From: Acidimicrobiia bacterium | GTDB lineage: Bacteria; Actinomycetota; Acidimicrobiia; Acidimicrobiales; Bin134 | Reading direction: 5' to 3' | Length of the DNA: 64,000 nt | Assembly: GCA_022819825.1 (NCBI GenBank) | Contig: JAJEGM010000053.1 | Location: forward strand, 3,722-67,721 | The notes under the pieces: generated by a model | The model's database searches: none | Told to the model about the DNA's origin: nothing | What the model saw: only the letters and a program-made list of their open reading frames with translations | Made by a program: the position numbers and the translations under genes | Part shown: piece by piece, positions 49,905 through 59,413 of the stretch | Numbering within the stretch: the stretch's first letter is position 1 | Layout of the letters: each line of letters begins with the position of its first letter

Positions 49905-49954
49905 AGGAGTTCTGGCGTCCCAGGCAGGTGGGATTTGGGGCGCCAGAACCTCCT
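49905..49954 (+). other. Intercistronic extended stem-loop between SBP and permease genes
   Basis: AGGAGTTCTGGCG (49905-49917) pairs with CGCCAGAACCTCCT (49941-49954) with one bulge. Inner TCCCA/TGGGA helix. A second hairpin AGGCCG-CTG-CGGCCT lies at 49835-49849. Confidence 0.5.
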
Positions 49955-50012
49955 TTCTTCGGGAGCGTTGCTTGGCTTTGGCTAACTACAATGCGAGGGG
50001 AGGCAGCACGCG

Positions 50013-50951
50013 ATGACTGATGTCGACACCGGCTTGAGCAGCACGCAGCTGACCCTTTCCCCCGAGGAGCACCGCCGGCTGCGGAGACGATACCGACGGC
50101 GTACAACGCTCACCGCCTACGCCTTCTTGGGACCGAATCTGCTGGCGTTTATCGCGTTTCTCCTCATTCCAGTTGTGTGGCTTTTCGTGTCCACGTTCAG
50201 GACTGGAGGCGTGCTTGGTCCTGCTGAGTTCGTTGGCCTCGACAACTGGCGAGACACGTTCGCTGACCCGTTGGCCAGAACAAGCATCCGCAACACGGTG
50301 GTCTACAGCGCGATGGCGATCCCGGCCGTGTTCATCATCGCCATGGTCTTGGCATTGGCATTACGCACGATTTCCCGCGGCAGTGCTCCGATCCGCGTTG
50401 CCCTGTACTTGCCGACACTCCAACCAGCCGTAGTGGCTGCATTCATCTTTGCGTTCGTGCTGCATCCCGACTTCGGGGTGATCAACTATGCCATTCGGGG
50501 GCTTGGCGGCGACCCGATCAACTTCCTGGGCGACACGTCGCTCGCGCTCCCCACGATTGCCGGGATCGAGGTGTGGCGGGGGACCGGGTTCTGGACGATG
50601 ATGTTCCTCGCTGGTTTGACAGCTCTGCCCAGCGAGCTCTACCACGCCGCGGAGATCGACGGGGCCGGAGCGATACGGCGGTTCCTGCGGCTGACGCTTC
50701 CCTTGCTGCGGCCGACCTTCTACTTCGCGGTCATTTTTGCGACGATCGTCAACCTCCAGCTCTTCGACTCCGTTTTCGCGCTCACCGATGGAGGTCCGGT
50801 CAACAGCACGATCTCGGTGTCGCTCTACATCTACCGGAGTCTGTTCTTGTTCGGCGATATCGGTTTCGGCGCGACGCTGTCCTTCCTGCTGGTCATCACT
50901 GTTCTGGTCCTCACCGGGCTTCAGACGTTCCTGCTGCGAGACCGCAAGTGA
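50013..50951 (+). CDS. Carbohydrate ABC transporter permease (MalF-like)
   Basis: Multiple TM segments and the EAA-type loop AEIDGAGAIRRFLRLTLPLLRP. Confidence 0.9.
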   Translation: MTDVDTGLSSTQLTLSPEEHRRLRRRYRRRTTLTAYAFLGPNLLAFIAFLLIPVVWLFVSTFRTGGVLGPAEFVGLDNWRDTFADPLARTSIRNTVVYSAMAIPAVFIIAMVLALALRTISRGSAPIRVALYLPTLQPAVVAAFIFAFVLHPDFGVINYAIRGLGGDPINFLGDTSLALPTIAGIEVWRGTGFWTMMFLAGLTALPSELYHAAEIDGAGAIRRFLRLTLPLLRPTFYFAVIFATIVNLQLFDSVFALTDGGPVNSTISVSLYIYRSLFLFGDIGFGATLSFLLVITVLVLTGLQTFLLRDRK

Positions 50952-50953
50952 CG

Positions 50954-51844
50954 ATGCCAGGGACTTACGAGGACGAGACACGCGAGGTGGAATCCTCCGG
51001 TAGTGCGGCTCGCTCTGGGCTGCCAGCGTCGCGACCGGCGATCGCGTTGTCATACGTGATTCTGCTCGTTGGGGTGGCGATCGCGCTCGTGCCGTTCTTG
51101 TATGTCGTGTCCACCTCGTTGAAGGAAACGACGTCGCTGTTCAGCTACCCACCAGACTGGATCCCGTCGCCGATCTATTGGGGCAACTTCGAATCGCTGT
51201 TCGCAGACCACCCGTTCGTGTGGTGGACCTTCAACACGCTCTTCGTCGCGGGCGCGGTGACCGTGTTGAAGCTTTGGTTCGACACTATGGCGGGCTACGC
51301 GTTGGCGAAGATGGAGTTCACGGGCAGGCGCGGTGTCGCGCTGCTGTTCCTGCTGTCGGTGGCGATTCCCATTTCGGCGTTGATCATCCCGCTGTTCTTT
51401 GTGGTCCGCTATCTCGGGCTCTTGAACACCTATTGGGCTCTGATTCTGCCGCCGCTGGCGAACCCCCTCGGCATTTTCATGGCTCGCAGTTTCATCGTCG
51501 GGATCCCCGACAACCTGGAGGACTCAGCTCGCCTTGACGGCGCTTCTGAGTTCACCATCTACCGCAAAATCGTCTTGCCGCTGATCCGCCCTGGACTGGT
51601 GGTGTTGGGGATGTTCACGTTCATGTTGCAGTACACGTCGTTCATCTGGCCCCTCATCGCAGTGCAGGACTCCGAGCGGCAGGTGCTAGCAGTCGGCATC
51701 TCTGGCCTCCAGAGCGCGTTCTTGCAGGACTGGGGTCTGCTCTCGGCAGCCATGTTGGCGGCCGCCATCCCCATCACACTTGTGTTCCTGCTGGTTCAGA
51801 AGGCATTCGTGGTCAACGATCTCTCCGGCGCACTCAAGGAATAG
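50954..51844 (+). CDS. Carbohydrate ABC transporter permease (MalG-like)
   Basis: EAA-type loop DSARLDGASEFTIYRKIVLPLIRP. Start at ATG 50954, 2 nt after the preceding stop (ORF track opens at 50573 inside the previous gene). Confidence 0.9.
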   Translation: MPGTYEDETREVESSGSAARSGLPASRPAIALSYVILLVGVAIALVPFLYVVSTSLKETTSLFSYPPDWIPSPIYWGNFESLFADHPFVWWTFNTLFVAGAVTVLKLWFDTMAGYALAKMEFTGRRGVALLFLLSVAIPISALIIPLFFVVRYLGLLNTYWALILPPLANPLGIFMARSFIVGIPDNLEDSARLDGASEFTIYRKIVLPLIRPGLVVLGMFTFMLQYTSFIWPLIAVQDSERQVLAVGISGLQSAFLQDWGLLSAAMLAAAIPITLVFLLVQKAFVVNDLSGALKE

Positions 51845-51850
51845 GAAGAA

Positions 51851-52975
51851 ATGCCCGCCTTGTCATCCCCGTCCGACATCGCCGTGAGCCTCATCCAAGT
51901 CGCGAAGTCCTACGGTGCCGTCGAGGTGCTACAGCCATTCGACTTACAGGTCGCCGAAGGCGAATTCGTTGTCCTCCTGGGCCCCTCCGGGTGCGGCAAG
52001 AGCACGATCCTGAAGATGATCGCAGGCCTTGAGGAAGCCAGCCACGGCGAGATCCACGTCGCGGGCGAACTCGTCAACTACGTCAGGCCCCGATACCGCA
52101 ACGTAGCTATGGTCTTCCAGAACTACGCGCTGTATCCCCACATGACGGTACGAGAGAACATCGCGTTTCCGCTCAAAATGAGCCGGCAGCCCCGACTCAG
52201 GCGCGCGGTCATCGAAGAGCGCACCGCCGAGGCAGCCGACATCGTTGACTTGACGCCGTACCTTGACCGAAAACCCGCGCAGTTGAGCGGCGGGCAGCGG
52301 CAGCGGGTTGCCCTGGCTCGAGCGATTGTCCGCCAACCAGCAGTGTTTCTCATGGACGAGCCGCTCTCCAACCTCGACGCGTTGCTGCGCGCTGACATGC
52401 GGACGAGCCTCTTGGATGTGCATGCCCGCATAAAGAAGGCGACGTTGTACGTCACCCACGACCAGATCGAGGCCATGACGATGGCCGATCGGGTAGTGGT
52501 CATCAACGCGGGCCGGATCCAGCAGATTGGACAGCCCCACGAGCTGTACACCGCCCCAGCGAACACGTTTGTGGCTCAGTTCATCGGGAGTCCGCGCATG
52601 CCACTCCACTCGCTGACGGTGAGCGACGATGGCGCTCTTCGGATCGCTGACGCGACCCTCGCTCTCGACGCTGCCGTCGTCTTGGAGCCGGAGGCCACGG
52701 TCACCGTGGGCCTGCGGCCCAGCGCGCTGCGAGCGACGGACTCGGTGTCAGCGTGCTTCTTCGGAGAGGCGAGACGACGCGACTACCTCGGCAGCGACAG
52801 CTACCTGGAGGTCGACCTCGGAGACGGCGCATCGGCGATGGTGCGTGCCGAGGCTGATACCGATGTGCGGCCTGGCGACAAGGTTCACGTCGACGCTGCT
52901 CCCGGCGCGATCCACGTCTTCGATGAGGCCGGGGTGCGGATCTGTGGTGCTTCGGTGGGCCAGCGAGAGCGATGA
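51851..52975 (+). CDS. ABC transporter ATP-binding protein (MalK/UgpC-like)
   Basis: Walker A GPSGCGKST, signature LSGGQRQRVALARA, Walker B FLMDEPLSNLD, and a C-terminal regulatory domain. Confidence 0.93.
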   Translation: MPALSSPSDIAVSLIQVAKSYGAVEVLQPFDLQVAEGEFVVLLGPSGCGKSTILKMIAGLEEASHGEIHVAGELVNYVRPRYRNVAMVFQNYALYPHMTVRENIAFPLKMSRQPRLRRAVIEERTAEAADIVDLTPYLDRKPAQLSGGQRQRVALARAIVRQPAVFLMDEPLSNLDALLRADMRTSLLDVHARIKKATLYVTHDQIEAMTMADRVVVINAGRIQQIGQPHELYTAPANTFVAQFIGSPRMPLHSLTVSDDGALRIADATLALDAAVVLEPEATVTVGLRPSALRATDSVSACFFGEARRRDYLGSDSYLEVDLGDGASAMVRAEADTDVRPGDKVHVDAAPGAIHVFDEAGVRICGASVGQRER

Positions 52976-53907
52976 GCAGCGCATCGGTGGTCATCGCGGA
53001 AGGTGTGAGTGCTCCGGAGGGTCCTACTCTCGGGCCGGGCGGCTGGATACTGAATGTTTGCAGCTTCAGCCGCGACAGCAACCCGAAGGTTTCTGGCGGT
53101 GACATCGTGGCGACGCACCCCGATCGCCCGGGCGACACGCGGCGGCTGTTCAACACCTCGGGAGGCGGCGTGGAGGGGATACCCGCGGCGCTGGCATTCG
53201 GACCCGACGGCTGTCTCTACATCACCGACGAGGGGCACCGGGCGATCCTGCGGGCGACCGATCAAGGAGCGCTGTCGGTGCATATGCGATCACCGAACGG
53301 GCCGAACGACCTCAGTTTCGATCGCGAGGGCAATCTCTGGTTCACCGATCCGTGGGGTTCGGATCTCGACAACGCCATCGGCGGGGTATATGTCCTGTAT
53401 GCGGGAACGGCGATTCCCGAACAGGTCGCATCTGGTTTGGCGTTTCCAAATGGGATCGTGGCCACGCCAGAGGAGCTGGTGTACGCGGAGACGCGCACGA
53501 GCCGCTTGTGGCACCACCGGCGATTTGCCGAAGGGCAACTAGGCGGAGCGGAGCTCTTCGCGGAGCTGCCTCCTCAGACTGGCGTTGAGGTGCAAGGCCC
53601 TGACGGTATAGCGCGTGATGGGCGCGGCAACCTGTACGTGGCCCACTACGGCTCTGGGTGTGTCCGCGTGTTTGCGCCTGACGGCACCCAACTCGATCCG
53701 ATTGCGGTGCCGGGTCGCGACCCAACCAACCTGTGCTTCGGGGGGCCGGAGATGAACATGCTGTTCGTGACGCTCGACGACACCGATCAGCTCATCGCGC
53801 AGCGGGTGCCCTGCCAAGGAGCCACGATCCAGTTCTGCCCATCGGCAAGCGAACCACCCTCATATGAGCACTGGCTGCACTTGATCGAGAACAGTCCCGC
53901 GGTGTGA
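52972..53907 (+). CDS. SMP-30/gluconolactonase/LRE family protein
   Basis: 311 aa with a beta-propeller-like repeat pattern (PEGP..., GPNDLSFDREGNLWFTD, PNGI, PDGIARDGRGNLYVA, NLCFGG). ATGA overlap with the ATPase gene. Confidence 0.75.
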   Translation: MSSASVVIAEGVSAPEGPTLGPGGWILNVCSFSRDSNPKVSGGDIVATHPDRPGDTRRLFNTSGGGVEGIPAALAFGPDGCLYITDEGHRAILRATDQGALSVHMRSPNGPNDLSFDREGNLWFTDPWGSDLDNAIGGVYVLYAGTAIPEQVASGLAFPNGIVATPEELVYAETRTSRLWHHRRFAEGQLGGAELFAELPPQTGVEVQGPDGIARDGRGNLYVAHYGSGCVRVFAPDGTQLDPIAVPGRDPTNLCFGGPEMNMLFVTLDDTDQLIAQRVPCQGATIQFCPSASEPPSYEHWLHLIENSPAV

Positions 53908-53939
53908 CCAAGCGTGGATAGAGAGAGCATCGGTTTGAA

Positions 53940-54707
53940 TCACACCTCGTTGCTGTGGGGGCTGTTGCCGTTCCACCCGAATTCCCGGGAGATGCCGAAG
54001 CTGGCCTCGAAGAGCTGCGGCACCATGGAAAGCAGGGTGTCGTAGTCGCAGGACAGAGTCGTGGTGGTGATCGAGACCGATCCGATGACCTGACCGGATG
54101 CCTCGAATACCGGCGCGGCGATGCAGTTGACCCACGGCTCGTGCTCGAGATGGTCGATCGCGTAGCCGCGCTCAATAGTGGCCCGAAGGTCTGAGAGATA
54201 CTCGTCGGTGCTCGTGATGGTGTTCTCGGTGTGGGCGACGTAGTCGATGGTCGACGCAATGCGCTCTTGGTCCTCGGGCGGAAGAAACGCAACGATGGCT
54301 TTGGCGACGCCTGTGCAGTGGAGTGGTGCTGTGTTGCCGATACGGGAGTACATGCGGACGGTCTGTTTCGCTTCGCGCTTGTCGATATAGACAACGGTGT
54401 CGCCTTCGAGCATGGCGAGATGGATCGTATGCTCGACATCATGGCTGAGGTCGGTGAGAAACGGTGCAGCGACCGAGCGGAGATCGATGTTCTCCAACGC
54501 CGCATTGGCAAGGCTGATAACACGGCGACCGAGGCGGAACACGTTGTGGCTGTCTCGTACCACCATCTGCTCGGCCTCGAGCACTTGGAGTGTCCGCAAG
54601 GCAGTGCTGCGATGGGTCCCCATAAACGAAGCGATCTGTTCGATCGACGATGGCCTCTCGGCGATCTGGCCCAGTACTTGGATGGCTCGTTGCACGGTCT
54701 GGCTCAT
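53940..54707 (-). CDS. IclR family transcriptional regulator
   Basis: N-terminal wHTH VQRAIQVLGQIAERPSSIEQIASFMGTHRSTALRTLQVLE plus a C-terminal IclR effector domain. 255 aa. Confidence 0.88.
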   Translation of the reverse strand: MSQTVQRAIQVLGQIAERPSSIEQIASFMGTHRSTALRTLQVLEAEQMVVRDSHNVFRLGRRVISLANAALENIDLRSVAAPFLTDLSHDVEHTIHLAMLEGDTVVYIDKREAKQTVRMYSRIGNTAPLHCTGVAKAIVAFLPPEDQERIASTIDYVAHTENTITSTDEYLSDLRATIERGYAIDHLEHEPWVNCIAAPVFEASGQVIGSVSITTTTLSCDYDTLLSMVPQLFEASFGISREFGWNGNSPHSNEV

Positions 54708-54793
54708 CGCGCCTCCGCTAGATTATAGGGGTTGGATGCCGGGCGAGGGGGCGGCTCGGGTTGGCCGGGGTATTGGGAGAGCAACGTTTCGGG

Positions 54794-56020
54794 TTAGAAC
54801 TCGGTTGAGATCACAGCGACGACCGTTCCATTGTCATCTACTTCGGGAATGTGCTTCCACTTGTCGAACGTTGTACACGGGTGGCTGATCCCTAGCGAGA
54901 TGAAATCGCCGACGGCTACCGCATCCTCGGCTTCGACGATCAAATAAGCGTGTTGGTCCATGAGGTTGGAGACTCGCCAGGAGTCAGGGGCGGGGGTGCG
55001 TCGAGTCTGCTCGTATCGCCACAGGGGCACCGGGAGTCCCTGGTCGAAAGACACGTCCCTCTTCCCGAGATCAAGCAGTGCAAGTGTTGGCTCAGGGCGT
55101 GAAATGACCTGGGCGATAGCTTCGAGCGCCGGTCGGAACGGGGCCAGTTCGGCATGGTCTCGGAGCGGGGAAATCTCGTTGTAGAACCCGCTGTCGTGGG
55201 TGACGTAGCAGCCGCTGCGCAGAACGAGCTCGCCATGGTGGGCATCGGCCACCGGGCCACAGATGTCGACAACATCGTCGAAACAGGCACTTCCACCCGC
55301 AGTGAGGATCGGGGGAGTGTCCGGGTCGTAAAGTCCGAGGGCGGCGATCCGCTCGAACGCATGGGCGAGAAGCCGCAGATAGTCCTGCACATGACGGCGG
55401 TCAGCATGATCGTGGGCGGAGAGGAACACGCCCTCGTACCCGGCGACCCCGGCAAACCGCACCGTCTCCAGAGCCCTTGCCTCCTCTGCCAGCGCAATCG
55501 CCTCGCCGATGTCGCGCACGCCGCCTCGCCCGCCTCGATCACCGATTTCTACGAGAACTGATACGTGCCCAGCGCTGTTGCGATTGAGTCGAGAGAGGCC
55601 GGTGTGCGAGTCGACGAAGCAATAGAGATCGAGGCCGCGGGTTGAGGCTTCGAGGGCCCAGTCGATAGCAGGCTCATTGACGAGTTGGTTGGCGATGAGC
55701 AGTCGGTGTACGCCGAGGTCGAAAAGGGTCCGCGCTTGGACAGCGTTGGCGATGGTGATCCCCCATGCGCCGTACGCGATCTGGCGGGAGATCAGGCTGG
55801 GAGCCATGGTGGTCTTGCCATGCGGCGCCAGTTCGACCCGGTTTGCGAGGCAGAATTCGCGCATCGTTGCAAGGTTGTGTTCAATCGCGGTGGTGCGGGC
55901 AATGATGAGAGGGGACAAAAACGTTCCATCGAAGACGTTGCGACCGATCAAGGCATCTGTCGCTGCCCCGACTAGGTCGGTGGGGATCGCCTTGGAGCTG
56001 GGTCGAAGCTGCTCTGTCAT
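54794..56020 (-). CDS. Fold-type III PLP enzyme of the D-serine dehydratase-like / D-threonine aldolase (DSD1) family
   Basis: Alanine-racemase-N-type domain with PLP lysine context LAPHGKTTMAP. C-terminal ISLGISHPCTTFDKW (HxC metal motif typical of DSD1-type enzymes). Confidence 0.72.
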   Translation of the reverse strand: MTEQLRPSSKAIPTDLVGAATDALIGRNVFDGTFLSPLIIARTTAIEHNLATMREFCLANRVELAPHGKTTMAPSLISRQIAYGAWGITIANAVQARTLFDLGVHRLLIANQLVNEPAIDWALEASTRGLDLYCFVDSHTGLSRLNRNSAGHVSVLVEIGDRGGRGGVRDIGEAIALAEEARALETVRFAGVAGYEGVFLSAHDHADRRHVQDYLRLLAHAFERIAALGLYDPDTPPILTAGGSACFDDVVDICGPVADAHHGELVLRSGCYVTHDSGFYNEISPLRDHAELAPFRPALEAIAQVISRPEPTLALLDLGKRDVSFDQGLPVPLWRYEQTRRTPAPDSWRVSNLMDQHAYLIVEAEDAVAVGDFISLGISHPCTTFDKWKHIPEVDDNGTVVAVISTEF

Positions 56021-56090
56021 CGTGGGGATTCCGACTCAATGGTGGGGAACCCGGTGCTTGTACTCGATCGAAGCAGCCCTTTAGTCATCA

Positions 56091-56747
56091 TCACTGGGAT
56101 TCCCGTCTCTCGGTGAGCCATCTTCTCAGCAAGTCGACACCCTTGGGCTGGACAAGCTCGGTGCCGAGTCCAATCCCAAGGGCACCTGCGTCAAGGTACT
56201 GCTCGATCTCTGCGATGGTCACGCCACCGGTAGGGACGAACGAAACATCGGGAAAGGGCCCCGACATGGCCGCGAGGAAGCGGGTTCCTCCGACCTCCCG
56301 GGCAGGAAACAGCTTCAGCTCCGAGACACCGTGGGCCTGCGCCAGCTGAATTTCGGTGGGTGTCGCCACTGCCGGCAGGTAGGGGATGCCCGACTCTTTG
56401 GCCTGGTCTACGAGTTCAATATCAAGGCCGGGAGAGATGGCAAATGCAGCACCGAGGTCGATGACTCGATGGAGGTTGGCAACTGAGGTGACGCTGCCTG
56501 CGCCCAAGGGCCGGTTGTTTTCAGCCGCGATCTCGGCGACGAGCTCGAGCGTCCGGAGTCCGTCGTCATCTTGCACGGTGACCTCGATGAGGTCGATTCC
56601 GACGTCCCACAACGCTTGGGCGGTGGTCGCCGCAGCTGCGGGTGGGAGTCCTCGTAGAATCGCGATGATCGGGCAGCGGCGGAGGTGGGCCTGAAAGTAC
56701 GACACCGCAATTGTGGTGCTCTGGTGTGCTTCAGTGGCTCGCCTCAT
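56091..56747 (-). CDS. eda: KDPG / 4-hydroxy-2-oxoglutarate aldolase
   Basis: PIIAILRG, LIEVT, GAGSV, ISPG, Schiff-base lysine context LKLFPA, and PTGGV. Confidence 0.85.
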   Translation of the reverse strand: MRRATEAHQSTTIAVSYFQAHLRRCPIIAILRGLPPAAAATTAQALWDVGIDLIEVTVQDDDGLRTLELVAEIAAENNRPLGAGSVTSVANLHRVIDLGAAFAISPGLDIELVDQAKESGIPYLPAVATPTEIQLAQAHGVSELKLFPAREVGGTRFLAAMSGPFPDVSFVPTGGVTIAEIEQYLDAGALGIGLGTELVQPKGVDLLRRWLTERRESQ

Positions 56748-57781
56748 GTGGGTGCGCTCGGGGGCAGTCCCGGCGGCCGCTGGGTGTTGCCGCTGATGTC
56801 GGTTAGGACCAGGTTTGCTGAGAGCCAGTCCTCGGGTGATAAGTCGAGCAGGCGTTCTATCGTGGCGTCATCGGCAATGGGGCCCACGTCGCTGTGCTGG
56901 GAAAGTGCGCTCATGGCTGTGATGTGCCCGAGCCGTAGGGCGGCTTCGATGTTGGCGTCGTATCGGAGCACCCCGACGATGAATCCGGCTGCAAACGCAT
57001 CCCCGGCGCCGATCGGCTCGACGACGGTGCCGTTGAGCGCGGGAACGAAGTGTGTTCGGCCGCGTCGGTCGGCATAAGCGCCGTTGTCGGCGTCCTTGAT
57101 GACAACTGTCTTGGGTCGGGGAAGCAGGGTGCGGACATCGGCGGCTGTGGTGGCACCCCAGAGGTCATCGGCTTCATCAAGTCCAACGAAGACGATGTCG
57201 CATCGGTTTGCAGCCTCCCGCAGCGCTTTCGGGGGATCTCCTCGCTCCCAGATTGAAGGGCGCCAGTTGATGTCAAAGGACACGAGCGCCGACCGGGATG
57301 GATCTCCGATCAGGGATCGGACAAGTTCGTTGCAGGAGTTGGACAAACCCAGGGTGATCCCAGTCAGATGGAGGACTCTCGGCCTCTGGCTGAGCTCGGG
57401 CCTGGTCGGCGGCCCCATTGCTGCTGCTGCGGAGCCGGCCCGGTAGTAGCGGACTCGCCGCTCGTCAGCGGTGACCTCCTTGAGCATGAGCCCGGTCTGG
57501 CGATCGGAAAGCCGGCGTACCCCGCTTACGTCGACGCCTGCGCTCTCGATGGTCGAGAGCACGAGGTCTCCAGCCAGGTCAGCGCCGAGCTGGCTGACCC
57601 ACGCGGCTTGCATACCGAGAGCTGCGCAGTAGCGCGCAACGTTGGACTCCGCGCCGCTTACTTCCCATTCGAAGGCCGCTCGGTTCGGGTGGGGCCGTAT
57701 GGTCAGCATTGACTCCCCCAAGGCAACAATGTCTGGGAAGGGTCTGCGGTCGCTCGGCTCGTCGGCCGAGTGGTTCATCAT
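56744..57781 (-). CDS. kdgK: PfkB family sugar kinase, 2-dehydro-3-deoxygluconokinase-like
   Basis: PfkB C-terminal motif EPIGAGDAFAAGFIVG. 4-bp overlap with eda. Confidence 0.78.
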   Translation of the reverse strand: MMNHSADEPSDRRPFPDIVALGESMLTIRPHPNRAAFEWEVSGAESNVARYCAALGMQAAWVSQLGADLAGDLVLSTIESAGVDVSGVRRLSDRQTGLMLKEVTADERRVRYYRAGSAAAAMGPPTRPELSQRPRVLHLTGITLGLSNSCNELVRSLIGDPSRSALVSFDINWRPSIWERGDPPKALREAANRCDIVFVGLDEADDLWGATTAADVRTLLPRPKTVVIKDADNGAYADRRGRTHFVPALNGTVVEPIGAGDAFAAGFIVGVLRYDANIEAALRLGHITAMSALSQHSDVGPIADDATIERLLDLSPEDWLSANLVLTDISGNTQRPPGLPPSAPT

Positions 57782-57833
57782 GCGCTCCTAGGGGTGGCGG
57801 TACTCGTGTGGACTCCCCTGATGCTAGCCTGAA

Positions 57834-57868
57834 GTGCAATAATCACATAAAGAGTGCAGATAACGCAC
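57834..57868. promoter_or_regulatory. Tandem 15-bp operator-like sites in the divergent kdgK / D-aminoacylase promoter region
   Basis: GTGCAATAATCACAT (57834-57848) and GTGCAGATAACGCAC (57854-57868), 20 bp apart. The second ends 19 nt before the GTG start at 57888. Matches the sites at 48330-48364. Confidence 0.6.
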
Positions 57869-57887
57869 ATATTGGGAGGGTGGTGAC

Positions 57888-59342
57888 GTGTACGACTTCG
57901 CCATTCGAGGAGCACTCATTGAGGACGGCTCCGGAGGGCAATCGTTTGAGGGAGACATCGCCGTCGATGGCGGTCACATCGCTGCGGTGGGATCAGTGGG
58001 TGCGTCGCGGGCCGAGGTCGATGCCGAGGGGCTGGTCGCCGCCCCCGGCTTCGTTGACGCGCACACCCACGACGACATGGAACTCCATTGCAACCCCGAC
58101 AACGGATCGAAGATCAAGCAGGGTGTAACGACGGTCATCTGCGGCAGCTGCGGATTCAGTGCGTTCCCTCATGCGCCTGGGCGGCCTTCGCCAGACTTCT
58201 TGTCGGTCGATGGCTGGTGGCGGACATACCAGGAGTACCAGGAAGTGCTGACCGATCATGGCATCGGCACAAACTCAGCTTCCTTCGTCGGCCACAACAC
58301 CGTTCAGCGGCTTCTCCTGGGGGCCGATAGCGCCGAACCTAGTGCTCGGGCCCTCGCGGCCGTGTGCGACGACATCCGGAGGGCGATGGACTACGGAGCG
58401 TTGGGCGTGTCCACGGGCCTCATCTACCGTCCTGGTCGGCACACGTCAACGGCAGCGCTGACACGAATCGTTGCGACCGTGTCCGACTACGGCGGCATAC
58501 ACAGCACACACCTGCGCGACGAATCAGACGGCCTTCTCAATGCCATTGCCGAAGTCGCCTCCGTGTCTCGAGAAACCGGCGCATCGCTCCAGATCTCTCA
58601 TCTCAAGGTCATCGGAGAGCACAATTGGGGCAGCCTCAGCGCCGCACTCGACCAGATTGACAGGATCCGAGCCGACGGGATCGACATCGCCTTCGATGTG
58701 TACCCCTACACCGCAGGGTCAGGGCCATTGGCGACCTATTTCCCTCCCGACGACATCGACGTGACCAGGGCTCGATTAGTCCAGATCATTCGGTGTCCCG
58801 ACTACCCCCACTTTGAAGGGTGGCGGCTCGCCGACATCGCGCGCGAGGAGGGCCTCTCACTGCGCAGTGTCACCCACCGTCTCGTCACAGCCCCGAATGC
58901 CGACAAGACGCTGTGTGTCATCTTCGAGATTCACGAAGACGACATGCTGGAGGCGCTGTCGCATCCAGCGGCGATGGTCGGAAGCGACGGGATACCCCAG
59001 CAGACAGGAGTGCCTCATCCGCGTTTGCAAGGCACGTTCCCCCGGGTTCTCGGCCACTTCAGCAGAGACAAGGGGGTGTTTTCGCAAAGCGCGGCGATCC
59101 AGAAGATGACATCCATGCCGGCGACTCGGTACGGGCTTCGTGGCCGCGGCCTACTACGGCCCGGCTATGCGGCCGACATTGTCGTATTCGACCCGACCAC
59201 GATTGCGGACTGCGGAACTTATTCCTCACGTGCCGATCCAGTGGGCGTTCGTCACGTTTTCGTCAACGGGAAACAAGCGCTGTCAAACGCTGCCCTTACC
59301 GGTGTTCGAGCAGGCCGGGTTCTGACACGCGAGGAACGCTGA
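57888..59342 (+). CDS. N-acyl-D-amino-acid deacylase (D-aminoacylase) family amidohydrolase
   Basis: MYDFAIRGALIEDGSG...DIAVDGGHIAAVG...APGFVDAHTHDD is the characteristic D-aminoacylase N-terminus. 484 aa, GTG start. Confidence 0.82.
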   Translation: MYDFAIRGALIEDGSGGQSFEGDIAVDGGHIAAVGSVGASRAEVDAEGLVAAPGFVDAHTHDDMELHCNPDNGSKIKQGVTTVICGSCGFSAFPHAPGRPSPDFLSVDGWWRTYQEYQEVLTDHGIGTNSASFVGHNTVQRLLLGADSAEPSARALAAVCDDIRRAMDYGALGVSTGLIYRPGRHTSTAALTRIVATVSDYGGIHSTHLRDESDGLLNAIAEVASVSRETGASLQISHLKVIGEHNWGSLSAALDQIDRIRADGIDIAFDVYPYTAGSGPLATYFPPDDIDVTRARLVQIIRCPDYPHFEGWRLADIAREEGLSLRSVTHRLVTAPNADKTLCVIFEIHEDDMLEALSHPAAMVGSDGIPQQTGVPHPRLQGTFPRVLGHFSRDKGVFSQSAAIQKMTSMPATRYGLRGRGLLRPGYAADIVVFDPTTIADCGTYSSRADPVGVRHVFVNGKQALSNAALTGVRAGRVLTREER

Positions 59343-59413
59343 GTCCAGGGGCTCCGTATGAGGTTGAGACCCAGAGGTCTGCCAGGTCTGGCCCGCCAAA
59401 GAAAGGATTGACA

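Noticed and set aside
58820-59413. Upstream 198 codons of the ORF containing RidA
   Set aside because: This part overlaps the D-aminoacylase gene in another frame and is Arg-rich. RidA homology begins at the ATG at 59414.
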